A stretch of DNA of 35,361 bases from NCBI GenBank assembly GCA_031418675.1, contig JANOXY010000744.1:1-35361 (forward strand), written 5' to 3'. Of the stretch, positions 8,461 to 16,336 are shown in pieces; positions within the stretch are counted from its first letter, which is position 1; each line of letters begins with the position of its first letter. The notes under the pieces are model-generated. The model was not told the origin of the DNA and did no database searches. It worked only from the letters and a program-made list of their open reading frames with translations. Source of the DNA: Pseudomonadota bacterium (lineage in GTDB: Bacteria > Pseudomonadota > Gammaproteobacteria > Ga0077536). The position numbers and the translations under genes are program-made.

Positions 8461-8814
8461 TCAGCGCGCGCGTTTAGCCTTGCGCGGTGCCGGTACCTCG
8501 CAACACACAGTGGGTGCACATTGTTCGCGGCTACCCCCACAACACTCCTCCGTCAGATAGGCGATGATCTCCAGCATCACCGGCAGATTGGCGCGATAAC
8601 GTTGGTATCTGCCTTCCGGTGTCACGCTCACCAAACCGGCCTGGCTGAGTGCTTTTAAGTGGAAGGAGAGATTGGTGGGTGCAATGTCCAACGTGGTGGC
8701 CACTTCGCCGGCGACCATACCGCCCATGACGTTTTTCACCAGCAGCCGGAATACGTCCAAGCGCACGCCTGAGGACAGACATTCGAAAATTTGCGTTGCG
8801 GTTTTTTTATCCAT
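8461..8814 (-). CDS. arsR: ArsR/SmtB-family metalloregulator with an AfArsR-type C-terminal As(III) site
   Basis: The winged-helix region (VRLDVFRLLV..GEVATTLDIAPTNLSFHLKALSQAGLVSV..EGRYQRYRA) has no CVC site in helix 3. The C-terminus IAYLTEECCGGSREQCAPTVCC resembles the Acidithiobacillus ferrooxidans ArsR motif YLTENCCHGTRDC. I prefer the ATG at 8814 (MDKK..); the longest ORF starts at a TTG at 8829. Confidence 0.85.
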   Translation of the reverse strand: MDKKTATQIFECLSSGVRLDVFRLLVKNVMGGMVAGEVATTLDIAPTNLSFHLKALSQAGLVSVTPEGRYQRYRANLPVMLEIIAYLTEECCGGSREQCAPTVCCEVPAPRKAKRAR

Positions 8815-8820
8815 GATTTG

Positions 8821-8849
8821 ACTATACAACTATTGTTGAAACGATCAAC
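8821..8849 (-). promoter_or_regulatory. Candidate sigma70 promoter of arsR with an overlapping inverted repeat (possible ArsR operator)
   Basis: The minus strand reads TTGATC (8848..8843), a 16-nt spacer, TATAGT (8826..8821), 6 nt, then the ATG at 8814. The inverted repeat GTTGA-aacga-TCAAC (8835..8849) overlaps the -35 box and the spacer. This is pattern matching only. Confidence 0.35.
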
Positions 8850-8988
8850 TGTTTTTTTCAGCACCTGCTGCCGTTGCACGCCAGCTCCTCGCGCCGCAAC
8901 GCCAGCGCGCAACCTGGGTGTCACATTGGGTCCTTAACCTGCCGCATTCGTGAGGCGAAATGGCAGGGGAGAAGACCAGGAATTCATC

Positions 8989-9504
8989 ATGGACAAATAC
9001 GCGCCCGACCCGCAGCCCACCTACCACGTCCTGTTTCTCTGCACAGGAAACTCAGCGCGCTCAATCATCGCCGAGGCCTTGATGAATCACCTGGGCCGTG
9101 GCCGCTGCCGTGCTTACTCCGCCGGCAGTCATCCCACTGGCAAGGTCAATCCTTTGGCACTGGAGATGATCGAGGATTTATCCCCCTACCTCTCAAGCCC
9201 GCGCAGTAAACGTTGGGAGGAATTTGCGCTGCCCGGCGCGCCTACGCTCGATTTTGTTTTTACGGTCTGTGACAGCGCCGCCGGAGAAGTTTGCCCGCAG
9301 TGGCCGGGGCAACCCATGACCGCTCACTGGGGCATAGACGATCCGGCGGTGATGGTCGGTAGCGACGCGCAAAAGCGGCGTGCGTTTGAGCAGGCAACCT
9401 TGCAGTTAAAACGACGCATCGAATTGTTCTTGAGTTTGCCGCTGGAGGCGCTGGACACACTCGCCTTGCAGCACCGTCTCGACGACATCGGCCGCAGGGT
9501 ATGA
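8989..9504 (+). CDS. arsC: Arsenate reductase, LMW-PTPase / thioredoxin-coupled type
   Basis: P-loop VLFLCTGNSARSIIAE, plus a downstream Cys pair (TVCDSAAGEVCP) as in Trx-coupled ArsC. I prefer the ATG at 8989 (MDKYAPD..); the longest ORF starts at a GTG at 8950. The gene is divergent from arsR. Confidence 0.85.
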   Translation: MDKYAPDPQPTYHVLFLCTGNSARSIIAEALMNHLGRGRCRAYSAGSHPTGKVNPLALEMIEDLSPYLSSPRSKRWEEFALPGAPTLDFVFTVCDSAAGEVCPQWPGQPMTAHWGIDDPAVMVGSDAQKRRAFEQATLQLKRRIELFLSLPLEALDTLALQHRLDDIGRRV

Positions 9505-9558
9505 AGTGGCCGGGTGCTCATGAAGTCTGATTCACGCGGGCACCACCGATTCGCAACA

Positions 9559-9600
9559 GCGCAACGCATCACCCCGCTGTGATGCGTTGCGCGCTTTTAA
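9559..9600 (+). terminator. Rho-independent terminator after arsC
   Basis: GCGCAACGCATCAC-cccgct-GTGATGCGTTGCGC forms a perfect 14-bp stem (9559..9592), followed by GCTTTTAA. It lies between the convergent arsC and thiolase genes. Confidence 0.6.
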
Positions 9601-9607
9601 ATGCGAC

Positions 9608-10849
9608 TTAGAGTGTTTCGATGATGATCGCCGGTGCCATACCACCGGCCGCGCACATCGTCACCAGGCCGCGCTGCTTGCCTTGCCGCTCGAGTTCGTC
9701 GAGCAGGGTGCCGACCAGGATAGAACCGGTGGCGCCGATCGGATGGCCCAAGGCAATCGCACCACCGTTGACGTTGACCTTGGCGCGGTCGAGTTTCAGG
9801 TCACGAATGAATTTTTCCGCGACCACTGCAAAGGCTTCGTTGATTTCAAACAGATCGATGTCGCCGATGGTGAGGCCAGCTTTGGCCAGCACTTTTCTGG
9901 CGGCCGGCACCGGTGCATTCAGCATCAAGGTCGGGCAATCACCGATGTTGGCGGTGGCAACGACGCGCGCGCGCGGTTTCAAGCCGTGTTTTTTGACATA
10001 GGCCTCGGACGCCAACAGTAAACCACCGGCGCCATCGACCACCCCCGACGAATTGCCGGCATGGTGAACAAAGTTCACATCACCCAGCTCGCGATACTTC
10101 TGGCGGATCAAACCGCCATAGGTATTGCCCGCTTCGTCGACCACCAGCTCGGCCCAGGCACCAAATACCGGCTTCAGCCCAGCGAGGGTTTCAAGTGTGG
10201 TATCGGGGCGCGGAAACTCATCGTGATCCAGCGCCAGACTGCCGTCCAGGTTGTACACCGGGATTACCGAACGCAGGAAACGCCCGTCCTTGATTGCCGC
10301 CGCGGCGCGTTGCTGCGACATCAGCGCCAGCTCATCGACCGCCTTGCGATCGATGCCTTGCATGGTGGCGATGAAATCGGCACACACGCCCTGTTGAGAT
10401 TGTGGATGCATGGCGCGCAGATGCAGGTTGCCACGATCGAGCATGGGTGGCTGCTTGGGATCGGCGATGGAAGCCACATAACTCATCATCTCGGTGCCGC
10501 CCGCGATCACCAGATCCTCCATGCCGGACATGATCTGGGCCGCCGCGAGGCTGACGGTAGTAATACCTGAACCGCAGAAACGATCGAGCGTCATGCCCGA
10601 GGCACGAATGTCATAACCAGCGTCAAGTGCCGCCATGCGACCGAGATCCGCGCCCTGGGCGGCAACCTGTGAGCTGGTGCCCCAGATGATGTCATCCACA
10701 TCGGCGGTGTTGAGCGAGTTACGTTCGGCCAGGGCCTTCAGTACCGTCGCGGCAAGATGCTGCGGGTGGAGATGGGCGAGCGCACCCTTGCCCACTTTGC
10801 CCACACCGCGTGGTGTGCGACAGGCGTCGATGATGTAAGCGTTATTCAT
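9608..10849 (-). CDS. Acetyl-CoA C-acyltransferase (thiolase family)
   Basis: N-terminus AYIIDACRTPRG, active-site Cys context RFCGSG, and C-terminal NVNGGAIALGHPIGATG and MCAAGGMA motifs. Confidence 0.9.
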   Translation of the reverse strand: MNNAYIIDACRTPRGVGKVGKGALAHLHPQHLAATVLKALAERNSLNTADVDDIIWGTSSQVAAQGADLGRMAALDAGYDIRASGMTLDRFCGSGITTVSLAAAQIMSGMEDLVIAGGTEMMSYVASIADPKQPPMLDRGNLHLRAMHPQSQQGVCADFIATMQGIDRKAVDELALMSQQRAAAAIKDGRFLRSVIPVYNLDGSLALDHDEFPRPDTTLETLAGLKPVFGAWAELVVDEAGNTYGGLIRQKYRELGDVNFVHHAGNSSGVVDGAGGLLLASEAYVKKHGLKPRARVVATANIGDCPTLMLNAPVPAARKVLAKAGLTIGDIDLFEINEAFAVVAEKFIRDLKLDRAKVNVNGGAIALGHPIGATGSILVGTLLDELERQGKQRGLVTMCAAGGMAPAIIIETL

Positions 10850-10908
10850 GATTCAATTCCCCGTAATGGATAGCAGGCGTAGCGCCGCAGCGCACGCAAT
10901 AAAAAACT

Positions 10909-11277
10909 TCAGGCTTGCAAGCCATCGAACATCACCCGCTCATCACCGATGAAGGATAGGCAGCCTCCAATGTCGATGAAGCGCAGTTCGTCAGGTTTAA
11001 TGATTTCCAGATAGCGCGGTTCGCGGAAGGCCTCGATCATTGCCGCGCGGCTATCGAACCAGATCTCACCAACACCATCGTAGTCGGGAATGTCTCCAAA
11101 CAAAGACCCGGCTGCGGCCTGACCCGGTGCGGGATGGTATTGAATGTATTTCCGCACGTTGCGCATGAACTCCGGGATGCTCTTGACCAGCGGCCCGTGG
11201 TGTTCGAACCAGTAACGGCTGAACTCGTCGGGACTCATGCCGGACTTACGACGTACAAAGACGATCATCGTGATCAT
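10909..11277 (-). CDS. EthD-domain protein
   Basis: Starting at the internal ATG 11277: MITMIVFVRRKSGMSPDEFSRYWFEHHGPLV .. DYDGVGEIWFDS..A, which is an EthD-like pattern. The upstream extension to 11379 is Arg/Pro-rich and overlaps the preceding gene. Confidence 0.7.
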   Translation of the reverse strand: MITMIVFVRRKSGMSPDEFSRYWFEHHGPLVKSIPEFMRNVRKYIQYHPAPGQAAAGSLFGDIPDYDGVGEIWFDSRAAMIEAFREPRYLEIIKPDELRFIDIGGCLSFIGDERVMFDGLQA

Positions 11278-11329
11278 AGCCTTGCCTCTTGATTGGTTTG
11301 TTTTCCGCCTTCGGTGCTGGCACCGACCG

Positions 11330-13459
11330 CTAGTCGGCGCGGGCGATCTCGACCAGATTATCGGAAAAGCTCGGCGCATGGCCGAGGTTCGCGAACTCTG
11401 CCGAGCTTATGGTATTGACCGTGCCACGATTTAATTGCCGCCAGTAACCGAGCGTCGTCACCACCAAGCCGGCATTGACGTCGTCGCTCACCCGCGCGCG
11501 TGCTACAAAACTTCCACGCTCGTTAAACACTTTCACCGCATCACCATCGTGAATATTACGCGGGCCGGCGTCGGCGGCGTTGAGCAGGAGAAACTGCTCG
11601 CCCTGGCCTTTGATCTTCGCTTCGATGTTGCCATAGCAGGAGTTCAGGAAGCCGTGGCTCTTGGGCGAAACCATGCTGAGCGGATAACGGGCCGCCAGGC
11701 GTGGATTGCTGTGGGCGCTCTCGCGCGGCGCGACGTAGTCCGGCAGCGCGTCGATAGCCTCACCACCCTGCAGGGCTTCGTACATCTGGCGAAAGGGTGG
11801 TGGCACAAAATTGCCGTGGGCTGCGAGGCTGGACTTGAATTCGCACTTGCCCGAGGGCGTCGGAAAATTACCCTCGCGATGGGGCGCCCTGTCGTCGGGG
11901 CTACCGAGCACCAGTCGGGCGTAACCGTCACGGCGCAAGCGCGCCAGATCAATGCCCGCGCAGACCGGCGCGTCCCAGGCCACAAACTGTTCCAGACATT
12001 GTGCATCGGACCACTGCAGTCGCTCGTCGCTGTAGCCCATGTAACTCGCCAGCTGACGAAAGATCTCGGCATTGGACCGCGCTTCGCCCGGCGGCTCCAC
12101 GCACTTGGCGTTGTAGGTCAGATAGTTATGACCCCAGGCCAGGATGATGTCTTCCATTTCGGCGCCCATGGCCGCCGGCAGCACGATGTCGGCATAACGC
12201 GCGGTATCAGTCAGAAAATGATTGGCCACCACCAGGAATAAATCCTCGCGCAACAAGCCAGCCACAATTTTGTCGGTCTCAGGGGCTTGGGTAACGGGAT
12301 TGGTGTTCCACACCATCATGGATTTGATCGGCGGATCCATAGGGATCTCATTGGTGAGATGGCGCCCTATCTGAAGGTTGTTGATCACGCGCGTGCCGGC
12401 CGGGATCCAATCGGCACGACACATCACGTCGAAACGATAGGGGTGTTCCCACACCGTCAAGGCGAAGATGCCACCACCCACCTGACGCCAGGCGCCAGTC
12501 AGCGCCGGTAGGCAACACACGGCGCGTATGGTCTGGCCACCACCGTGGTGCCGCTCGAGCGCCACACCGATCCTGATCGCTGCCACACGCGCCTGCGCAT
12601 ATTCGCGGGCGAGCTGGCGGATGTCAGCCGCTGAAACACCCGTGATGTCCGCTGCCCATTCCGGCGTGCGGGTCTTGGCGCGCGCGGCCAGTTCCGCAAA
12701 GCCCTCGGTGTACCGCGCAACGTAGTCGTGATCGATCAAATCGTCTTCGATGAGCACATGGATCAAGGCCATCGCCAGCGCACCGTCGGTGCCCGGCCGC
12801 GGCGTGAGGTGCCAGTCGGCTTCTTTGGCGGTGCGCGATTTATAGGCATCGATCACCACCACCTTGGCGCCGGCTTTCTGGGCTTCTTTGACGATATGCC
12901 AGTGGTGCAGATTGGTACTGACGCTATTGCAGGCCCAGATAATGATGTAGTCGGCGTGTTTGAAGGATTCCGGATCGGTACCACCGCTCGCACCATAGGT
13001 CATGAGCCAGGCGGTGGCCGAGCCCTCCCCACAAAAGGTGCGCTCCGTAACGGTCGCGCCCATGCGGTTAAAAAACGCATCACCACTATTCAGGCCATGC
13101 ACCAGACCCTGATGACCGATATAGCTGTAGGGCACGATGGCCTGGGGGCCGACCTCGGTGATGATGGCCTGCCAGCGCGACGTGATCGTAGTCAAGGCCT
13201 CATGCCAGGAAATTGGCTCGAATACATCACCGCCTTTGGCACCCACTCGCCGCAGGGGATGGAGCAATCGATCGGGATGATAGTGTCGTTTTTCGTAGTC
13301 CTTGAGCTTCACGCACAAACCACCGCGTGTCATCGGATGTGCGGGATTGCCACGCACACCGACCAGCTTACCGGCCGCCACTTCGAAGACCATGGCGCAG
13401 GTGTCGGGGCAATCGTGCGGGCAGCCGCCGGGGTGCAGGGTGCTTGTTGGGGCATTCAT
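11330..13459 (-). CDS. Molybdopterin (bis-MGD) oxidoreductase, MopB superfamily; cytoplasmic; substrate unknown
   Basis: N-terminal [4Fe-4S] motif GGCPHDCPDTCAM..GGLCVK. There is no twin-arginine signal. Also present: the candidate Mo-ligand region TFCGEGSA, MopB-type blocks (IIIWACN, VVVIDAYKSRTA) and a C-terminal beta-barrel domain (IHDGDAVKVFNERGS). Confidence 0.85.
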   Translation of the reverse strand: MNAPTSTLHPGGCPHDCPDTCAMVFEVAAGKLVGVRGNPAHPMTRGGLCVKLKDYEKRHYHPDRLLHPLRRVGAKGGDVFEPISWHEALTTITSRWQAIITEVGPQAIVPYSYIGHQGLVHGLNSGDAFFNRMGATVTERTFCGEGSATAWLMTYGASGGTDPESFKHADYIIIWACNSVSTNLHHWHIVKEAQKAGAKVVVIDAYKSRTAKEADWHLTPRPGTDGALAMALIHVLIEDDLIDHDYVARYTEGFAELAARAKTRTPEWAADITGVSAADIRQLAREYAQARVAAIRIGVALERHHGGGQTIRAVCCLPALTGAWRQVGGGIFALTVWEHPYRFDVMCRADWIPAGTRVINNLQIGRHLTNEIPMDPPIKSMMVWNTNPVTQAPETDKIVAGLLREDLFLVVANHFLTDTARYADIVLPAAMGAEMEDIILAWGHNYLTYNAKCVEPPGEARSNAEIFRQLASYMGYSDERLQWSDAQCLEQFVAWDAPVCAGIDLARLRRDGYARLVLGSPDDRAPHREGNFPTPSGKCEFKSSLAAHGNFVPPPFRQMYEALQGGEAIDALPDYVAPRESAHSNPRLAARYPLSMVSPKSHGFLNSCYGNIEAKIKGQGEQFLLLNAADAGPRNIHDGDAVKVFNERGSFVARARVSDDVNAGLVVTTLGYWRQLNRGTVNTISSAEFANLGHAPSFSDNLVEIARAD

Positions 13460-13853
13460 TAGCGCTTTTTTTCCAGGCCACGAAGGCAGTCGAATCTAGC
13501 AGAAGGCCTGCACACCGGATATGGAAGGCCCCGCACTGCAGTGCACCATCACGTCGTGCCTGATCATTACGGCGCGCTGCGGGCGACCCTTGGGGCTGGT
13601 ACCCATAAGCCGAGCGTGGTATTCATTCGCCCGCGTTGGCGCAGCCTCTCAGCACTTGATGACATGCAAGCTATAGCACTAGCCGCCCCATCGACGGACG
13701 GGGGTGGTCGCCATCAAACACCGCGATTGAACATGGAATTTTACGAAGCGTTGCCCGCTCGCACCGCCAGCCATGCCGCTGCTCGGTGCGGATACCCGGT
13801 GGGCCCTGCTCAAAAATCACCCTGACAAAAACAACGAGACTTTGTTAGCGACT

Positions 13854-15122
13854 ATGACCTTATCGTCCTACGCCACACCGGAATTCATCGCCGCCGTGAT
13901 CTTCGGCATCGCCGTCATTCACACCTTCTCCACCAAGTTTTTCGCCCATCTCGCCCAGGTATACCCCAAACACGCCGGACTGTGGCACCTGCTTGGCGAA
14001 GTCGAAGTGGTCTTCGGCCTATGGGCCTTTGTCATGATGATGGCGCTGTTCTCACTCACGGGGCGCGACGTCACCATCAACTATCTCGAAGCGCGCAATT
14101 TCACCGAACCCATGTTCGTGTTCGTGATCATGGTGATCGCGGCGAGCAAGCCCATACTCAACACCGTTATCGCGGGCGTACATGGGATCGCCACGTTTAT
14201 TCCCATCCGTCGCGAAGTGGCGGTCTATTTTTTGTGTCTGTCGGCGGTGCCTTTACTCGGCTCGCTCATCACCGAGCCGGCCGCCATGACCCTCGCCGCC
14301 TTGATGCTGCAGGACTGTTATTTCCGCCGCGACCTCTCGACCAATTTGAAATACGCGACCTTGGGTGCCTTGTTCGTGAACGTCTCCATCGGCGGTACCT
14401 TGACCAGCTTCGCTGCCCCACCGGTACTGATGGTGGCGAATAAATGGGGTTGGGACTCCGCCCATGTGTTTTTGAACTTCGGTTGGAAGGCCGCCGCGTC
14501 GGTATTTCTCACTGCGATGATCGTGACCTGGCTGTTTCGCAAGGAGCTGGTGGGCAAAGGTTGTTTCGACGGCGCGTGCTCGCAAATCGATACGCCCAAA
14601 ACCGTCGCAGCCATCCACATCCTGTTTCTGGTCGGGGTGGTGGTGTTCGCCCACCACTCCGAACTGTTCATGGGCTTGTTTCTGTTCTTTCTCGGTTACA
14701 CCGAAGCCTATAAGCAGTATCAGGATCGTCTGATCCTGCGCGAAGGCCTGCTGGTGGCGTTTTTTTTAGGCGGGCTGGTGGTGCTGGGTGGTCTGCAGAG
14801 TTGGTGGTTGCAACCTGCGCTCGCGGGTGTTGAACCCAATGTGCTCTACTACGTCGCCACGGCTCTGACGGCGATTACCGACAATGCTGCCCTGACTTAC
14901 CTGGCGTCCCTGGTCGAAGGCGTGTCGGATGAATACAAATACGCCATCGTCGCCGGTGCCGTTACCGGCGGCGGCCTGACCATCATCGCCAATGCCCCCA
15001 ATCCCGCTGGCGTTGCCATCCTCAAAACCCATTTCACCGACGAGACCATCAGCCCCTTGGCACTGTTCATCGCAGCGACACCACCCACTTTGCTGGCGAT
15101 TGTTGCGTTTCAGGTGTTGTAG
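13854..15122 (+). CDS. Polytopic membrane protein, DUF1504 / putative Na+/H+ antiporter family
   Basis: Starting at ATG 13854 (MTLSSYATPEFIAAVIFGIAVIHTFSTKFF..LWHLLGEVEVVFGLWA). It has many hydrophobic helices. The family call comes from remembered N-terminal conservation only. Confidence 0.6.
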   Translation: MTLSSYATPEFIAAVIFGIAVIHTFSTKFFAHLAQVYPKHAGLWHLLGEVEVVFGLWAFVMMMALFSLTGRDVTINYLEARNFTEPMFVFVIMVIAASKPILNTVIAGVHGIATFIPIRREVAVYFLCLSAVPLLGSLITEPAAMTLAALMLQDCYFRRDLSTNLKYATLGALFVNVSIGGTLTSFAAPPVLMVANKWGWDSAHVFLNFGWKAAASVFLTAMIVTWLFRKELVGKGCFDGACSQIDTPKTVAAIHILFLVGVVVFAHHSELFMGLFLFFLGYTEAYKQYQDRLILREGLLVAFFLGGLVVLGGLQSWWLQPALAGVEPNVLYYVATALTAITDNAALTYLASLVEGVSDEYKYAIVAGAVTGGGLTIIANAPNPAGVAILKTHFTDETISPLALFIAATPPTLLAIVAFQVL

Positions 15123-15182
15123 AAGCAGTTTCCAAATTGGTTCGAATCGGGGCGATTGCTTGGGCGTGAGACGCGCGGTTTG

Positions 15183-15234
15183 AATGTGCGAATAAATTCG
15201 CACCTACCAATGTGCGAATAAATTCGCACCTACC
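15183..15234 (+). repeat. REP-like palindromic element, two perfect tandem copies
   Basis: AATGTGCGAATAAATTCGCACCTACC occurs twice back to back (15183..15208 and 15209..15234). The core is GTGCGAAT-aa-ATTCGCAC. The element lies between the convergent DUF1504 gene and fdsD. Confidence 0.85.
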
Positions 15235-15250
15235 GGGCGTGGCGAGCTTG

Positions 15251-15463
15251 TCAGGCCGCAGCGCCCATTCTCAGCACTGCGGCACGTGCGTCGTCACAAA
15301 GCCCCGCTCCACCCTGCATTGCATGGGCGATGATTTGCGCACGCATGCGTGGATCCCAGAAGCGCGTCAGATGTTGCGCGATGATCTCAACGGCATTGTC
15401 GGGATCGGCCACTTGATTGGCAGCGATGTCGTTGACCATTTCGACCAGACGTTCGATATCCAT
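15251..15463 (-). CDS. fdsD: NAD-dependent formate dehydrogenase delta subunit
   Basis: A 70-aa protein, MDIERLVEMVNDIAANQ..HLTRFWDPRMRAQII, matching the FdsD pattern. It is the last gene of the fds operon. Confidence 0.8.
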   Translation of the reverse strand: MDIERLVEMVNDIAANQVADPDNAVEIIAQHLTRFWDPRMRAQIIAHAMQGGAGLCDDARAAVLRMGAAA

Positions 15464-15469
15464 AGGCGC

Positions 15470-16336
15470 TTAGCTGCCGCCTTCGATGATGCGTTCGGCG
15501 TGACTATAGATAACGAGATCCGCCCCGCGTACAAAGGCCGCGAGTGTCAGCTGGCAGGTTTGCGCGAGGTGCACGGCCCGCGCGGTTGGGGCTGAGACTG
15601 CTGCCAGCACGGCGATGCCAGCCATCGCTGCTTTCATGACAATTTCATAACTCGCGCGGCAGGTCACCAGGGCGAAGCCTGGCGGGTAATCACCTTTGAT
15701 GCGCGCGCCGATGAGTTTGTCGAGCGCGTTATGTCGGCCGATATCTTCACGCACCGCGATCACGTCACCGCTCAGATCGATCCAGGCTGCCGCGTGCACG
15801 GCGCCGGTCGCACGATTGATGGGCTGGACCATCGCCAGCGCAGCGCTGGCGCGGGCGATGGCGCCTCGTTTTACCTGCGTGGTCGCTGTGACCGGCGCTG
15901 GTGTACGCATGGCATCTTCCACCATGCGCTTGCCACACAGGCCACAACCCGAGCGTCCGGCCATGGCACGCGGCTGTTCGCCCTGGCCTGAGCCGAGTCG
16001 CGATGGAATAACGAGATCCACTTCAAGACCATCGGCCAGCACGCGCTGTTCAACCAGCACCAGATCGCGGGGCCTGCTTATCAGGCCTTCGGTGTAGGCA
16101 AAACCCATGGCGAAGTCGTCGAGATCGGCTGGCGACATCAGCATCACCGCATGGGGTTCGCCATTGCACAGTACGGCGACCGGTGTCTCTTCGGCCAGTT
16201 GATCGGTGACCTGCTCACGCACGCCAGCACGCCAGCGTGTCACCTCGACCTGGGCGAGCGGCGCCGGCCAGTGCGTGTCTGTGCTCACCTCAGCGTGTGA
16301 GGGACGAGCGTTCTTCAAGAAACTTCTTTTGTTCAT
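15470..16336 (-). CDS. fdhD: Formate dehydrogenase accessory sulfurtransferase FdhD (FdsC)
   Basis: Conserved GRSGCGLCGK loop and EDIGRHNALDK motif. The start is uncertain: the ATG at 16336 overlaps fdsA by 47 nt, and an alternative GTG at 16288 lies 1 nt after the fdsA stop. Confidence 0.85.
   Translation of the reverse strand: MNKRSFLKNARPSHAEVSTDTHWPAPLAQVEVTRWRAGVREQVTDQLAEETPVAVLCNGEPHAVMLMSPADLDDFAMGFAYTEGLISRPRDLVLVEQRVLADGLEVDLVIPSRLGSGQGEQPRAMAGRSGCGLCGKRMVEDAMRTPAPVTATTQVKRGAIARASAALAMVQPINRATGAVHAAAWIDLSGDVIAVREDIGRHNALDKLIGARIKGDYPPGFALVTCRASYEIVMKAAMAGIAVLAAVSAPTARAVHLAQTCQLTLAAFVRGADLVIYSHAERIIEGGS

Noticed and set aside
13460-13700. A possible Moco riboswitch upstream of the Mo-oxidoreductase, and a cobalamin riboswitch near the mutase genes
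   Set aside because: I could not find the conserved cores or a convincing multi-stem fold by eye. A covariance-model scan would be needed before making any claim.
15139-15148. GGTTCGAATC, resembling a tRNA T-loop
   Set aside because: The flanking bases cannot form a T-stem (attgg versus cgggg), and no acceptor or anticodon arms are present. It is not a tRNA.
14766-15595. ORFs beginning MRIYSHI.. and MRINSHL.. (also 25703..25960 and 25847..26167)
   Set aside because: They are created by the REP-like palindromes themselves. The same peptide start recurs wherever the repeat occurs, and there is no coding signal.
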